The position numbers were made by a program, and so were the translations under genes. The notes beneath the pieces were generated by a model. That model saw only the letters and a program-made list of their open reading frames with translations, was not told the origin of the DNA and did not search any database. From contig CAYQIT010000001.1 in assembly GCA_964417685.1 (NCBI GenBank), positions 17,157-81,156 on the forward strand: a stretch of 64,000 nt of DNA, in the 5' to 3' direction. Shown piece by piece: positions 1-9,596 of this stretch. This DNA is from an uncultured Gammaproteobacteria bacterium. GTDB taxonomy: Bacteria > Pseudomonadota > Gammaproteobacteria > Magnimaribacterales > D2472. The stretch's first letter is position 1, and each line of letters starts with the position of its first letter.

Positions 1-746
1 TTTCAAAAACTGCTGGTCATGATATTAACTATATAGCTCTAACAGGCGCGCTAAATGCTATGGGTAGGAAAGAATCATCACCAAACCCACCATTAAACCT
101 TATTGGTGATTATGGAGGTGGTGGAATGCACTTGGCGCTTGGTATGGTTTCTGCACTGATTCATCAATTAAAAACTGGTGAGGGTCAGGTTGTTGATTCA
201 GCTATGATAGATGGGACGTCAATGTTAATGAGTTTTTTTTACTCTTTTAAGCAAATGAATTTGTGGGAAGATAAAAGAGATTCAAATTTACTTGATGGAG
301 CAGCTCATTTTTATGATACATACAGATGTGCTGATAATAAATTTCTTGCAATTGGCTCAATAGAACCTGATTTTTATGCCATCTTGTTGGATAAATTAGA
401 TATAAAAGATGAAATATTCCAAAATCAATTAGATAAAGGCTTATGGCCAAAACTTAAAAAGAAAATTGCTGATGTAATCATTCTTAAAGATCGAGATGAG
501 TGGGAAAAAATATTTGAAAATACAGACGGTTGTGTCACCCCAGTTCTGTCTATTTCAGAAGCCCCAAAGCATCAACATAATATTAATCGAAATACATTCA
601 TAACATTTGATGATGTGTTACAGCCAAACCCTTCACCTCGCTTTTCAAAAACAAAACTTAATATTAAACATAACGCGAATGAGAAGGGGTTTGATAATGA
701 CTCAATCATTGAAGAATTTAATCTTGATCCAGATGCTTTTAACTAA
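1..746 (+). CDS. family III CoA-transferase / alpha-methylacyl-CoA racemase-like protein, 5' end outside window
   Basis: Frame of ORF 60..746 stays open to the window edge (SKTAGHDINYIALTGALNAMGRK...). GHDINY and LIGDYGGGG motifs are typical of the CaiB/BaiF (AMACR) family. Confidence 0.75.
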   Translation, partial: SKTAGHDINYIALTGALNAMGRKESSPNPPLNLIGDYGGGGMHLALGMVSALIHQLKTGEGQVVDSAMIDGTSMLMSFFYSFKQMNLWEDKRDSNLLDGAAHFYDTYRCADNKFLAIGSIEPDFYAILLDKLDIKDEIFQNQLDKGLWPKLKKKIADVIILKDRDEWEKIFENTDGCVTPVLSISEAPKHQHNINRNTFITFDDVLQPNPSPRFSKTKLNIKHNANEKGFDNDSIIEEFNLDPDAFN

Positions 747-1518
747 AAAATCTTATTGAATTGTTATAAGTTCTTGAAATAATTTCATCCAAAGGGATAT
801 CCATCAGCAGGGATATTTCATTTGCTATATGTGGTAAATGTTTAGGCTCATTTCTATTATTTTTTGTTTTTAAGTTTCTTGGAATTAGATACGGACAATC
901 AGTTTCAATCATTAATTTATCTAACGGAATATCTTTAATTGAAATTCTCAGGTCTTTATTTCTTCTTTCATCACAAATCCAGCCAGTTAATCCAATAAAA
1001 AAATCTAATTCAAGATATGAATCTAATTCATTTTGAGTGCCTGTAAAACAATGCACAACACAAGGGGGAAGGTTCCCAGTATAATTTTTTAAAACTTTGA
1101 TGAAATCTTCATGCGATTCTCTTTGATGCAAGAAAAGTGGTTTGTTAAATTTAATAGCTAGCTTGATTTGCTCATTAAATGCATATATTTGCTCATCATA
1201 TGATGAAAAATTTCTGAAAAAATCTAAACCTGTCTCTCCTATGGAGTTCGGATTAATATCTTGAATTTGGTTATCCATGATAGGCACTGATTCATGATTA
1301 AAAGTTTTTGCATGGTGAGGATGAACACCAAGTGTTATCAGACAATTTTCTGAGTATTTTTTTTTAATTTCTTGAATTTTTTTTGTATCACTTAATTCAG
1401 CTGATACAACAAGAAACTTGTCTACATTACTCTTAATAGCATTTGAGATGACATCATCTAGATCATAATCAAATCTTTCGCTTGTAAAGTTGCATGCAAT
1501 ATCAAAGAGCTTCGTCAT
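739..1518 (-). CDS. tatD: TatD-family metal-dependent hydrolase/DNase
   Basis: 259 aa with GVHPHH, ETGLDF, LHQRES, VVHCFTG and ETDCPYL motifs in TatD order. 8-bp convergent overlap with the previous gene. Confidence 0.85.
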   Translation of the reverse strand: MTKLFDIACNFTSERFDYDLDDVISNAIKSNVDKFLVVSAELSDTKKIQEIKKKYSENCLITLGVHPHHAKTFNHESVPIMDNQIQDINPNSIGETGLDFFRNFSSYDEQIYAFNEQIKLAIKFNKPLFLHQRESHEDFIKVLKNYTGNLPPCVVHCFTGTQNELDSYLELDFFIGLTGWICDERRNKDLRISIKDIPLDKLMIETDCPYLIPRNLKTKNNRNEPKHLPHIANEISLLMDIPLDEIISRTYNNSIRFFS

Positions 1519-1570
1519 TATTTTTATTATGATTGTATATATATTTAATTATGAACTAAAATCATCAAAC

Positions 1571-2422
1571 ATGAATCAATTTGAAAAATTTCAATCTGCA
1601 ATTTCAATTACCAAAATTAAAGATAATTTTTATAAGATTATTCCAAATAGAGATTATTTTGTAGGTAATACACCTCATGGAGGGTATTTAAATGCTGTAA
1701 TGAGCAAAGCTTTACTTTCATCTATGCCGCATAAGAATATTATAAGCTCATCTACACAATACTTAGACAGAACCGAATCAACTGATACCTTTTTAGAAGT
1801 TGAGATATTAAAAGCCAGCAGGGGCAGTTCAGCTGGCTTAGTGAAATTAATACAAGACAATAAAATATGCTCAACCATGACTGGCACTTGCTCTGATTTT
1901 GAACGCATGAAAGGCTTTGATGGTCTTGAAACAAGCCTACCAAGCATATTTAATTCTCATGATCATAACGACTACAAGGAATTAAATTATGACAAGATTT
2001 CAAAAGGATTTACCCCATCTTTCATTAAACAGCTTAATTGTTATATAAATCCTGATCATGCTTGGTGGGACAGAGATCCAATAGATGATAATGCAGAAGC
2101 AAGATGTTCAGCTTTTTTAGAAATGTCAGGTGGCATGGCAGATCAATTTTGTTTAGCATACTATTCAGATATTTTACCTCCAGTTGTTTCTAACAAATTT
2201 GGAGCGTTAGGTTGGATACCAACATTAACCCTAACAACTCATATTCGTATGATGCCAACAACCTCAAAACTATTCGCTGACTTTAAAGCAAGTGATATTA
2301 ATAATGGTTATTTTGAGCAGGATGCAAGAATATGGGATTTGAACGGAAATTTTGTTGCTTCAAGCAGACAACTGGCTAGAATACTTAAGTCAGAAGAAAA
2401 ATTATTAATAAAAGGGAACTAA
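1571..2422 (+). CDS. thioesterase-like (TesB/4HBT_3-type hot-dog) protein
   Basis: GNTPHGGYLNAV motif and ~280 aa size resemble acyl-CoA thioesterase-like proteins. Start moved from 1490 to in-frame ATG 1571 because the extension overlaps the divergent tatD start. Family call is from memory only. Confidence 0.5.
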   Translation: MNQFEKFQSAISITKIKDNFYKIIPNRDYFVGNTPHGGYLNAVMSKALLSSMPHKNIISSSTQYLDRTESTDTFLEVEILKASRGSSAGLVKLIQDNKICSTMTGTCSDFERMKGFDGLETSLPSIFNSHDHNDYKELNYDKISKGFTPSFIKQLNCYINPDHAWWDRDPIDDNAEARCSAFLEMSGGMADQFCLAYYSDILPPVVSNKFGALGWIPTLTLTTHIRMMPTTSKLFADFKASDINNGYFEQDARIWDLNGNFVASSRQLARILKSEEKLLIKGN

Positions 2423-2424
2423 GT

Positions 2425-3279
2425 ATGCAATTCAAAGGAACTAAAAATTATATATCAACAGAGGATCTAAGCCTTGCTGTGAATGCAGCCGCTGCCTTAG
2501 AACGACCTCTTTTAATAAAGGGTGAGCCTGGTACTGGTAAAACCTTATTGGCAATTGAAGTTGCTCAAGCTATGGGTTTAGAGCTAATTGAATGGCATAT
2601 AAAATCAACCACAAAAGCTTCACAGGGTTTATATGAGTATGATGCTGTAACAAGATTAAGAGACTCCCAATTAGGTGATGAGAGGGTTAAAGATATCTCA
2701 AATTACATAAACAAAGGTAAGTTATGGGAAGCATTTGAATCTGATAAACAAGTAGTTCTCTTGATTGATGAGATTGATAAGGCTGATATAGAGTTTCCAA
2801 ACGATCTTTTGCAGGAAATTGATAGAATGGAGTTTTTTTGTTACGAAACAAATCAAACAATTAAAGCCAAACATAGACCTTTAATTATAATGACTTCAAA
2901 TAATGAAAAAGAATTACCAGATGCTTTTTTAAGAAGATGTTTCTTCCATTACATTAATTTTCCAGATAGAGATACTATGAATAAGATTGTCTCCGTCCAT
3001 TATCCAAAAATTAAGAAAAAATTAGTGAATGAGGCATTGGAAATATTTTTTGATCTAAGAAAAATACCAGGTTTAAAGAAAAAACCTTCCACATCAGAGT
3101 TAATAGATTGGTTAAAGTTATTACTATCTGATGACATGCCTGATGAAATATTAAAAAATGCAGATTCTTCAAAAGCAATACCACCTCTGTACGGCGCGCT
3201 TCTTAAAAATGAACAAGATGTTCAGTTGCTTGAAAGGCTTGCTTTTATGTCTAGAAGAGAATCAGCTTCAAGTAAATAG
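2425..3279 (+). CDS. MoxR/CoxD-like AAA+ ATPase
   Basis: Walker A GEPGTGKT, Walker B VLLIDEIDKAD, TSNNEKELPDAFLRRCF region; 284 aa. 2-nt gap to the upstream gene. Confidence 0.85.
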   Translation: MQFKGTKNYISTEDLSLAVNAAAALERPLLIKGEPGTGKTLLAIEVAQAMGLELIEWHIKSTTKASQGLYEYDAVTRLRDSQLGDERVKDISNYINKGKLWEAFESDKQVVLLIDEIDKADIEFPNDLLQEIDRMEFFCYETNQTIKAKHRPLIIMTSNNEKELPDAFLRRCFFHYINFPDRDTMNKIVSVHYPKIKKKLVNEALEIFFDLRKIPGLKKKPSTSELIDWLKLLLSDDMPDEILKNADSSKAIPPLYGALLKNEQDVQLLERLAFMSRRESASSK

Positions 3280-4455
3280 ATGCTAATAAATCTTTTTCAA
3301 ACAGTAAGATCAGCTGGCGTCCCATGTTCTCTAAGAGAGCTACTTGACCTTCTTGGCGCCCTTGAAAAACAGATGGTTTATGCAAATATAGATGATTTTT
3401 ATTATCTATCTCGGGCAATACTAGTTAAAGACGAGAAACATTACGATAAATTTGATAAAGCTTTTGATATTTACTTTAAAGGAATCGAAAAACTTGAAGA
3501 TATTTTTCAAGCTTTAATTCCTGAAGATTGGTTAAGAAAAGCATTTGAAAAAGAACTGGATCCAGAAGAGCTTAAAAAAATTAAATCTCTTGGTGGTTTA
3601 GATAAATTGCTTGATGAATTCAAAAAAAGACTAGAAGAACAAAAAGAACGCCATGAAGGCGGCAATAAATGGATTGGAACAAATGGAACTTCTCCATTTG
3701 GTCATGGCGGTCAGAATCCAGAAGGCATTAGAGTAGGGGGTCAGGGTGGCCAGAAAAGTGCTGTTAAGGTTTGGGAGCAAAGACAGTTTAGCAATCTAGA
3801 TGACTCTATCATTATTGGAACCAGAGAAATGCAAATGGCATTAAGAAGACTTAGAAGATTTGCTAGGCATGGTAATGATCTTGAACTCGATATGAATGAT
3901 ACGATTAAATCAACAGCTAAGAATGCAGGTTATTTAGATATTAAGATGGTTCCAGAGAGATCGAATGCTGTAAAAGTGATAGTCTTATTTGATGTAGGCG
4001 GCTCAATGGATCCTTATATAAAGCTTTGCGAAGAGCTTTTCTCTGCAATTAAAACCGAATTCAAGCATCTTGAATATTTTTATTTCCATAACTGTATTTA
4101 TGAGTCTGTTTGGAAAGATAATAGAAGAAGATCCCAAGAGAGATTTCTTGTTCAAGATATTATCAATAAATATTCGGCAGACTACAAAATAATAGTTGTT
4201 GGCGATGCGACCATGGCTCCTTATGAAATAACAAATGCCGGTGGCAGCATAGAGCATTGGAATGAAGAGCCCGGTTCAACTTGGATAAAAAGAATATCAA
4301 ATCATTTTGATAATATGGCTTGGTTAAATCCTGTTCCTGATGATCACTGGGACTATTCATCATCTGTTTGCATACTAAGAGATTTATTTGATAATAGAAT
4401 GTATCCTTTAACACTTAAAGGATTAGAGGAAGCAATGGGGGAGCTTACAAAATGA
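3280..4455 (+). CDS. VWA domain protein, CoxE-like partner of the MoxR ATPase
   Basis: Start abuts the ATPase stop. Conserved WIGTNGTSPFGHGG segment and a C-terminal VWA fold with MIDAS-like VLFDVGGSMD, as in CoxE-like VWA proteins. Confidence 0.75.
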   Translation: MLINLFQTVRSAGVPCSLRELLDLLGALEKQMVYANIDDFYYLSRAILVKDEKHYDKFDKAFDIYFKGIEKLEDIFQALIPEDWLRKAFEKELDPEELKKIKSLGGLDKLLDEFKKRLEEQKERHEGGNKWIGTNGTSPFGHGGQNPEGIRVGGQGGQKSAVKVWEQRQFSNLDDSIIIGTREMQMALRRLRRFARHGNDLELDMNDTIKSTAKNAGYLDIKMVPERSNAVKVIVLFDVGGSMDPYIKLCEELFSAIKTEFKHLEYFYFHNCIYESVWKDNRRRSQERFLVQDIINKYSADYKIIVVGDATMAPYEITNAGGSIEHWNEEPGSTWIKRISNHFDNMAWLNPVPDDHWDYSSSVCILRDLFDNRMYPLTLKGLEEAMGELTK

Positions 4456-5789
4456 ATACTACAAACAATCAAGGCATTAAATGGGGGCCTTTTACATTAA
4501 GAATTCCATTTATTCATATTAAATTTAGAGCTGGTGAGTTTTTTCAGGGAATGGTTATTTCTGGGGCCACAGCATTTGCTGCTGTTCCAGTAGCTATGGG
4601 TTTAGGACTCACATTTGAGGAGGGTGTTGCATTAAGTTTTATTGCAGGAACTCTAATTGCTTCTGGACCAATTCTTTTTGGAGAACCAATGGCTCCTGGT
4701 TGGATAACGCCTGCATTACCAATTGTTATAGCTGCTTTTGCTGCAAAAGGTCAATTTACTGGAGTTTATGATGTAACAACTTTTCAATACATGGCAGCTA
4801 TTTGTATCGAATTTACACTGCTTATATTTATTCTAGGTGTAACCGGTTGGGGAAAAAAACTTATCCAAATTATTCCTAATGGATTAAAGGCAGGTATTAT
4901 TTTAGGTGCAGCTTTAGCAGCGTTTTACCAAGTTTTTGTCACAGATTTAGATAAGTTAATGATCCAACCTATATCAATGTTTGTTGCCATAACTGTCTGT
5001 ATCGTTACAACCTTCTCAGATCCTTTTAAAAGATTAGCAGCAAAACATTCATTAATTAATAAGATTGGCTCACTAGGTTTACTGCCAGGCTTTATTCTTG
5101 CAGCTTTTATAGCTTTTCTATTCAATGAAGTTACATTTAATATTGAATGGGGATTTAAAATCCCAGATGTTGTATCTTTATTTAATAGAACATCTCCTCT
5201 TGTAATTGGCTTTCCAACTCTTGAAATGTATTTAGAGGCTATACCTCTCGTAATAATTGGATACACTCTTTTATTTGGAGATTTAATTACTGCAAATGAG
5301 GTATTAAATGATGCACAAAAATCGAGACCAGATGAAAAACTTGATATTAATCTCAATAGATCGCATTTATCTATAGCAGCGCGAAATTTTATTGGATTAA
5401 TATTAAATCCATTTTTCCCAACTCAAGGTGCGTTATGGACCGGTGTTCATGTGGTGGTGGTTGAGCGCTGGAAAAAAGGCTTTAAAGAAATGCCATCTAT
5501 ATTTGATGGTTTAGGTTCATATTATTTAATGGCTTTACCAATTCTATATTTCACACTTCCATTCATAACATTAATGAAACCATTAATGCAGATGGCATTA
5601 ACATTAACGTTAATATTAACTGGCTTTGCTTGTGCTTATGTTGCAATGGCTATACCAAAGAAAAATTCTGAAATGGCGTCTGCTTTGTTAATAGCTGTTT
5701 TTATTACTTTCTTTAGTGCATGGATTGGTTTGTTAGTTGGTATAATCTTAAGCCTATTAGTTATTGGAATTGATAAGAAAAAAAATTAG
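4452..5789 (+). CDS. polytopic inner-membrane permease, family not recognised
   Basis: 445 aa and almost entirely hydrophobic, with roughly 11-12 predicted helices. ATGA overlap with the VWA gene implies translational coupling. Confidence 0.5.
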   Translation: MNTTNNQGIKWGPFTLRIPFIHIKFRAGEFFQGMVISGATAFAAVPVAMGLGLTFEEGVALSFIAGTLIASGPILFGEPMAPGWITPALPIVIAAFAAKGQFTGVYDVTTFQYMAAICIEFTLLIFILGVTGWGKKLIQIIPNGLKAGIILGAALAAFYQVFVTDLDKLMIQPISMFVAITVCIVTTFSDPFKRLAAKHSLINKIGSLGLLPGFILAAFIAFLFNEVTFNIEWGFKIPDVVSLFNRTSPLVIGFPTLEMYLEAIPLVIIGYTLLFGDLITANEVLNDAQKSRPDEKLDINLNRSHLSIAARNFIGLILNPFFPTQGALWTGVHVVVVERWKKGFKEMPSIFDGLGSYYLMALPILYFTLPFITLMKPLMQMALTLTLILTGFACAYVAMAIPKKNSEMASALLIAVFITFFSAWIGLLVGIILSLLVIGIDKKKN

Positions 5790-5796
5790 TTAAAAT

Positions 5797-6717
5797 ATGT
5801 CATTTGCGTTAGAGATCAATGATCTTAAAAAAACTTATTCTGGTGGCGTTGAAGCTCTAAAGGAGATTTCATTCTCTGTAAATGAAGGTGATTTTTATGC
5901 ATTACTTGGGCCTAATGGAGCGGGGAAGTCCTCCACAATAGGCATTATTGGTTCTCTTTTAACAAAATCATCTGGCAACGTTAAGATATTTGATGTTGAT
6001 ATTGATGAGAACTTGCCTCTTGCAAAAACAATGCTTGGTGTTGTTTCTCAAGAAATAAATTTTTCTCAATTTGAAAAAGTATTAGATATTGTTGTTACAC
6101 AAGCTGGATTTTATGGGATACCAAAAAAAGAAGCTTTGCCAAAGGTAGAAAATATTCTTAAAAGATTAAGTCTTTGGGATAAAAGAAATTTTCAAGCAAG
6201 AACTCTTTCTGGTGGATATAAAAGAAGGCTAATGATTGCAAAAGCTTTGATACATGAACCTAAACTTTTAATACTAGATGAGCCAACTGCTGGAGTTGAT
6301 ATCGAACTTAGAAGAGAAATGTGGTCTTTTCTAAAAGAAATTAATGAAAATGGCACTACTATTATTTTGACAACACATTACCTTGAAGAAGCAGAGCAGC
6401 TATGTAGAAATATTGGCATTATTGATAAAGGCAAGATTGTTACAAACACTAGCATGAAAGATCTCCTTGGAACTTTAAATGTTCAAGGGTTTGTATTTGA
6501 TTTGCAATCTCCTTTAAATCAAGCGCCAGTCATAGAAGGTTTTCCTTTAAAGCTTGAAGACCCACTTACTTTAGTGGCAGCGGTAAGCAAAGACAGATCA
6601 ATCAATGCCTTATTCGAAGAATTATCTAAATTAGATATCAAAATCAAATCTATGAGAAATGAAGCAAATAGGCTCGAAGAATTATTTATTGAGATGGTGA
6701 ATTCAAATGAAAAATAA
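5797..6717 (+). CDS. ABC-2 type exporter ATP-binding protein (YadG/NatA-like)
   Basis: Walker A GPNGAGKSS, signature LSGGYKRR, Walker B LLILDEPTAGVD; 306 aa with a C-terminal extension. Confidence 0.85.
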   Translation: MSFALEINDLKKTYSGGVEALKEISFSVNEGDFYALLGPNGAGKSSTIGIIGSLLTKSSGNVKIFDVDIDENLPLAKTMLGVVSQEINFSQFEKVLDIVVTQAGFYGIPKKEALPKVENILKRLSLWDKRNFQARTLSGGYKRRLMIAKALIHEPKLLILDEPTAGVDIELRREMWSFLKEINENGTTIILTTHYLEEAEQLCRNIGIIDKGKIVTNTSMKDLLGTLNVQGFVFDLQSPLNQAPVIEGFPLKLEDPLTLVAAVSKDRSINALFEELSKLDIKIKSMRNEANRLEELFIEMVNSNEK

Positions 6718-7486
6718 TTCAACTATATTAATAGGTCTTTGGACTTTGACTGTTAAAGAGATTAGAAGATTTTTAAGAATTTGGGTCCAGACTCTTGTAC
6801 CTCCTGCAGTAACAATGTCTTTATATTTTGTTATTTTTGGTTCATTGATTGGACCAAGAATTGGCTCAATGGATGGTTTTGACTATATTCAATTTATGAT
6901 CCCCGGATTAATTATGATGTCTGTCATTACAAATTCTTACAATAATGTTGTTTCATCTTTTTATTCAGTCAAATTCCAAAAATCAATTGAGGAATTGCTT
7001 ATATCTCCAATGCCAAATTGGACCATTCTACTTGGATTTATTCTTGGGGGAGTAAGCAGGGGTATTCTTATAGGTTTTATTGTTTATGCAGTAAGCTTAC
7101 TTTTTTATCCTGATTTTACAGTTGTTAATCCGCTTTTAACTCTTACTGTTCTATTTTTAACAGCAGTTCTTTTCTCATTAATGGGATTTATAAACGCTGT
7201 CTTTGCTGACAGCTTTGATGATATATCGATAATACCCACATTTATCTTAACCCCACTCATATATTTGGGAGGAGTTTTTTATTCTATAAATATTCTTCCA
7301 GAGATATGGAGATCAATTTCAATGGCAAATCCAATGTTGTATGTAGTAAACACCTTTAGGGAAGGGATGCTTGGTGTAAGTGACGTTTCTATTGTATTTT
7401 CACTATCTATGATTATTGGTTTTATAGTTCTTCTCACTATATCTTGTCTATATTTACTTAAAAAGGGGACTGGTATAAGGCAATGA
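6707..7486 (+). CDS. ABC-2 type exporter permease (YadH-like)
   Basis: 259 aa with six hydrophobic segments. 11-bp overlap with the ATPase gene. Confidence 0.8.
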   Translation: MKNNSTILIGLWTLTVKEIRRFLRIWVQTLVPPAVTMSLYFVIFGSLIGPRIGSMDGFDYIQFMIPGLIMMSVITNSYNNVVSSFYSVKFQKSIEELLISPMPNWTILLGFILGGVSRGILIGFIVYAVSLLFYPDFTVVNPLLTLTVLFLTAVLFSLMGFINAVFADSFDDISIIPTFILTPLIYLGGVFYSINILPEIWRSISMANPMLYVVNTFREGMLGVSDVSIVFSLSMIIGFIVLLTISCLYLLKKGTGIRQ

Positions 7487-8205
7487 GTAGAAAATTTCTT
7501 GGTAATTCGTATGTTAAAAACCTAAAGACCTCATACAAAATTCTTGATCCCATAAAACGTCTAAGATCATCTTCTGCATATGGACATGATTTTTGGAATG
7601 CTTATGAATTTACCTATTTGGACAAAAAAAATCTTCCTGTGCTAAAGGTTTTGGAGATTACTATTCCCGCTGATTCAAGGTTTATTGTTGAATCAAAATC
7701 ATTAAAAATTTATTTAAATTCCTTTTATGATAAAACCTTTATTAAAAATTCTGATGTTTTAAACCATATTAAGAAAGATTTAGACAAGCTTACTAAATCA
7801 TTAACAAAAGTTAGGTTTCTAAATAAATTTCTAGATACACCAGCCTCTATAGATTTAAATTCCTCAAATTTATTAAATACACCTAAGAATAAGATAATTT
7901 GTTTTACAGGCTTTAGGTCAATTTGTCCTGTAACTTCTCAACCTGATTTCGCTAATATTTACATTAAATCTAGTGAGCCTATAGAAACAAAATGGATAAC
8001 AGAATATTTAAAGTCATACAAAGAAAAGGGCGATTTTCATGAGCAGTGTGTTGAAAGTATCTATCAAGATATTGCTTCAAGATATAACCCAAAGAAGATT
8101 GAAGTTTGCGGAAGATTTATGAGAAGGGGAGGTATAGATATTAATCCCATAAGATCATCAACTAAGTTATCTACCTTCAAGAATTTTAGGTTTTTTAATC
8201 AATAA
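7483..8205 (+). CDS. queF: NADPH-dependent 7-cyano-7-deazaguanine (preQ0) reductase, two-domain type
   Basis: QueF motif ESKSLKIYLNSF, catalytic Cys context ICPVTSQPDFA, C-terminal FHEQCVE..RRGGIDINP. ATGA overlap with the permease gene. Confidence 0.85.
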   Translation: MSRKFLGNSYVKNLKTSYKILDPIKRLRSSSAYGHDFWNAYEFTYLDKKNLPVLKVLEITIPADSRFIVESKSLKIYLNSFYDKTFIKNSDVLNHIKKDLDKLTKSLTKVRFLNKFLDTPASIDLNSSNLLNTPKNKIICFTGFRSICPVTSQPDFANIYIKSSEPIETKWITEYLKSYKEKGDFHEQCVESIYQDIASRYNPKKIEVCGRFMRRGGIDINPIRSSTKLSTFKNFRFFNQ

Positions 8206-8262
8206 ATTTAATCAAGCTTTCTGCATTTGATTTTTATATTTTGATGTAAAATGCATCTCTCA

Positions 8263-8352
<90 letters not shown>

Positions 8353-8361
8353 ATGCTTCAT

Positions 8362-8390
8362 TTGAATTACTATCTATGTTCATTTATCAT
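8362..8390 (+). promoter_or_regulatory. candidate sigma70 promoter for the wHTH/membrane-protein pair
   Basis: TTGAAT (8362-8367), 17 nt, TATCAT (8385-8390), located between the tRNA-Ser 3' end and ATG 8437. Confidence 0.3.
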
Positions 8391-8436
8391 ACGCTTTGTG
8401 AAATCATTTATTCAAAACCTTAACTCAATTTTAGAA

Positions 8437-8685
8437 ATGTTAGAAAGTGTTGAGCATGAAATAAATCTTGCTGGATATTCTCTTACTGAAAAAAAAGTTT
8501 TTTTTACAATAGTTCAATTAACAGCAAAAGAAGGTTCTTGTAATATCACAGATGTTATAAATGATTCAAATCTTTCTCGCTCTACAGTCTACAAGGGAAT
8601 TAAAAAGCTTGAACAAAATATGCTATTGAGAGTCAAACAATCAAGCGTTGATAAACGAGAATCTTATTTAACTGTTATAAGCTAA
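8437..8685 (+). CDS. small MarR-like winged-helix DNA-binding protein (truncated form)
   Basis: LTEKKVFFTIVQL...CNITDVINDSNLSRSTVYKGIKKLEQNMLLRV..DKRESYLTV matches the MarR alpha2-HTH-wing pattern. The upstream part of track ORF 8251..8685 overlaps tRNA-Ser and is rejected. An in-frame ATG at 8353 (directly after the tRNA CCA) is an alternative start. Confidence 0.45.
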   Translation: MLESVEHEINLAGYSLTEKKVFFTIVQLTAKEGSCNITDVINDSNLSRSTVYKGIKKLEQNMLLRVKQSSVDKRESYLTVIS

Positions 8686-8701
8686 TAACAGTTTTTTCAT
8701 T

Positions 8702-9298
8702 ATGAATATTAATTCTAGATTCAAAGATTTTATTCTTACAAATATTATGCTCTATTTCTTTGCAATGGGCGTTTGGTCTTTATGGTCATATTTTGCTTTT
8801 GTGGGTCTAGAGAAAATGGATTGGCAAGGTAGCATCGTTTATTTGCCCCATGGTATTCGTGTACTTGGTATTTGTTTTTTTGGTTTAAAATCTCTTCCTG
8901 CTTTAATGGCTGCAGAGATTACAGGACCATTATTTATCAATCCAGAGCAATATATGGGTATATGGAGTCTTGCTAGCATGGCTTCACTTGCTTCAATAAT
9001 ATTGGCTAGAGAGCTCGTTAAATATTCTCAAAGTAATATCAAAGGATCAATTGTTGGCCCAATTAAATTTGAAAACTTTAGATTATTAGTTCTTGTAATT
9101 ATATTATCAGCCCTTTTAAATTCTATTAGCGTTAACATTATAATTTCCTATTTAGAACCTTCTATTAATCTAGATCCAATAGTTATCGGTAGATTTTTTA
9201 TCGGTGATGTTTTAGGTTCATTGGTTCTAATTCTTTTCCTTAGTGTTACTTTCACTTCCCTTCGTCATAACAAGTTAACAACACCACATAACAAATAG
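8702..9298 (+). CDS. hypothetical integral membrane protein (5-6 TM)
   Basis: 198 aa and hydrophobic throughout. 16 nt downstream of the wHTH gene. No family recognised. Confidence 0.5.
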   Translation: MNINSRFKDFILTNIMLYFFAMGVWSLWSYFAFVGLEKMDWQGSIVYLPHGIRVLGICFFGLKSLPALMAAEITGPLFINPEQYMGIWSLASMASLASIILARELVKYSQSNIKGSIVGPIKFENFRLLVLVIILSALLNSISVNIIISYLEPSINLDPIVIGRFFIGDVLGSLVLILFLSVTFTSLRHNKLTTPHNK

Positions 9299-9302
9299 CT
9301 GC

Positions 9303-9331
9303 TTGACTACTGTATATTTGTACAGTATATT
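9303..9331 (+). promoter_or_regulatory. sigma70 promoter with embedded LexA (SOS) operator
   Basis: TTGACT (9303-9308), 17 nt, TATATT (9326-9331). The spacer holds CTGTatatttgtACAG (9310-9325). Extended TACTGTATATTTGTACAGTA matches 18/20 positions of consensus TACTGTATATATATACAGTA. Confidence 0.8.
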
Positions 9332-9339
9332 GATTAACT

Positions 9340-9549
9340 ATGAATAACGTAATAAATATAAATTTTAATGATTCGGTAATTAATGAGTTAAATGAAGCTG
9401 TTGATATAATTTCATCAAAAAAAACAGTAGCTTATAAATACTTTAATGGTTGCTCTACAGCCCTTGAGAACTACTTAACCAATGTCAATTTTAATGAAGA
9501 GGTAGTTAACGAATATCAAGAAGTAACCCAATTAGAGCTTTTTTCATAA
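9340..9549 (+). CDS. orphan acidic 69-aa protein, predicted SOS-inducible, leaderless mRNA
   Basis: ATG lies 8 nt after the -10 hexamer with no SD. A 69-codon open frame is unlikely by chance in AT-rich DNA, where stop codons are frequent. No recognisable family. Confidence 0.45.
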   Translation: MNNVININFNDSVINELNEAVDIISSKKTVAYKYFNGCSTALENYLTNVNFNEEVVNEYQEVTQLELFS

Positions 9550-9596
9550 AAATTAATTATTAATCTTTAAATCGTTTTTAAGATGTATATAATCTT

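Noticed and set aside
2425-4455. MoxR-VWA pair as an NTP-dependent conflict/defence system.
   Set aside because: The architecture is the common CoxD/CoxE-like two-gene chaperone type. I recognised no effector, protease or nuclease domains, and the pair is embedded in a housekeeping operon-like array.
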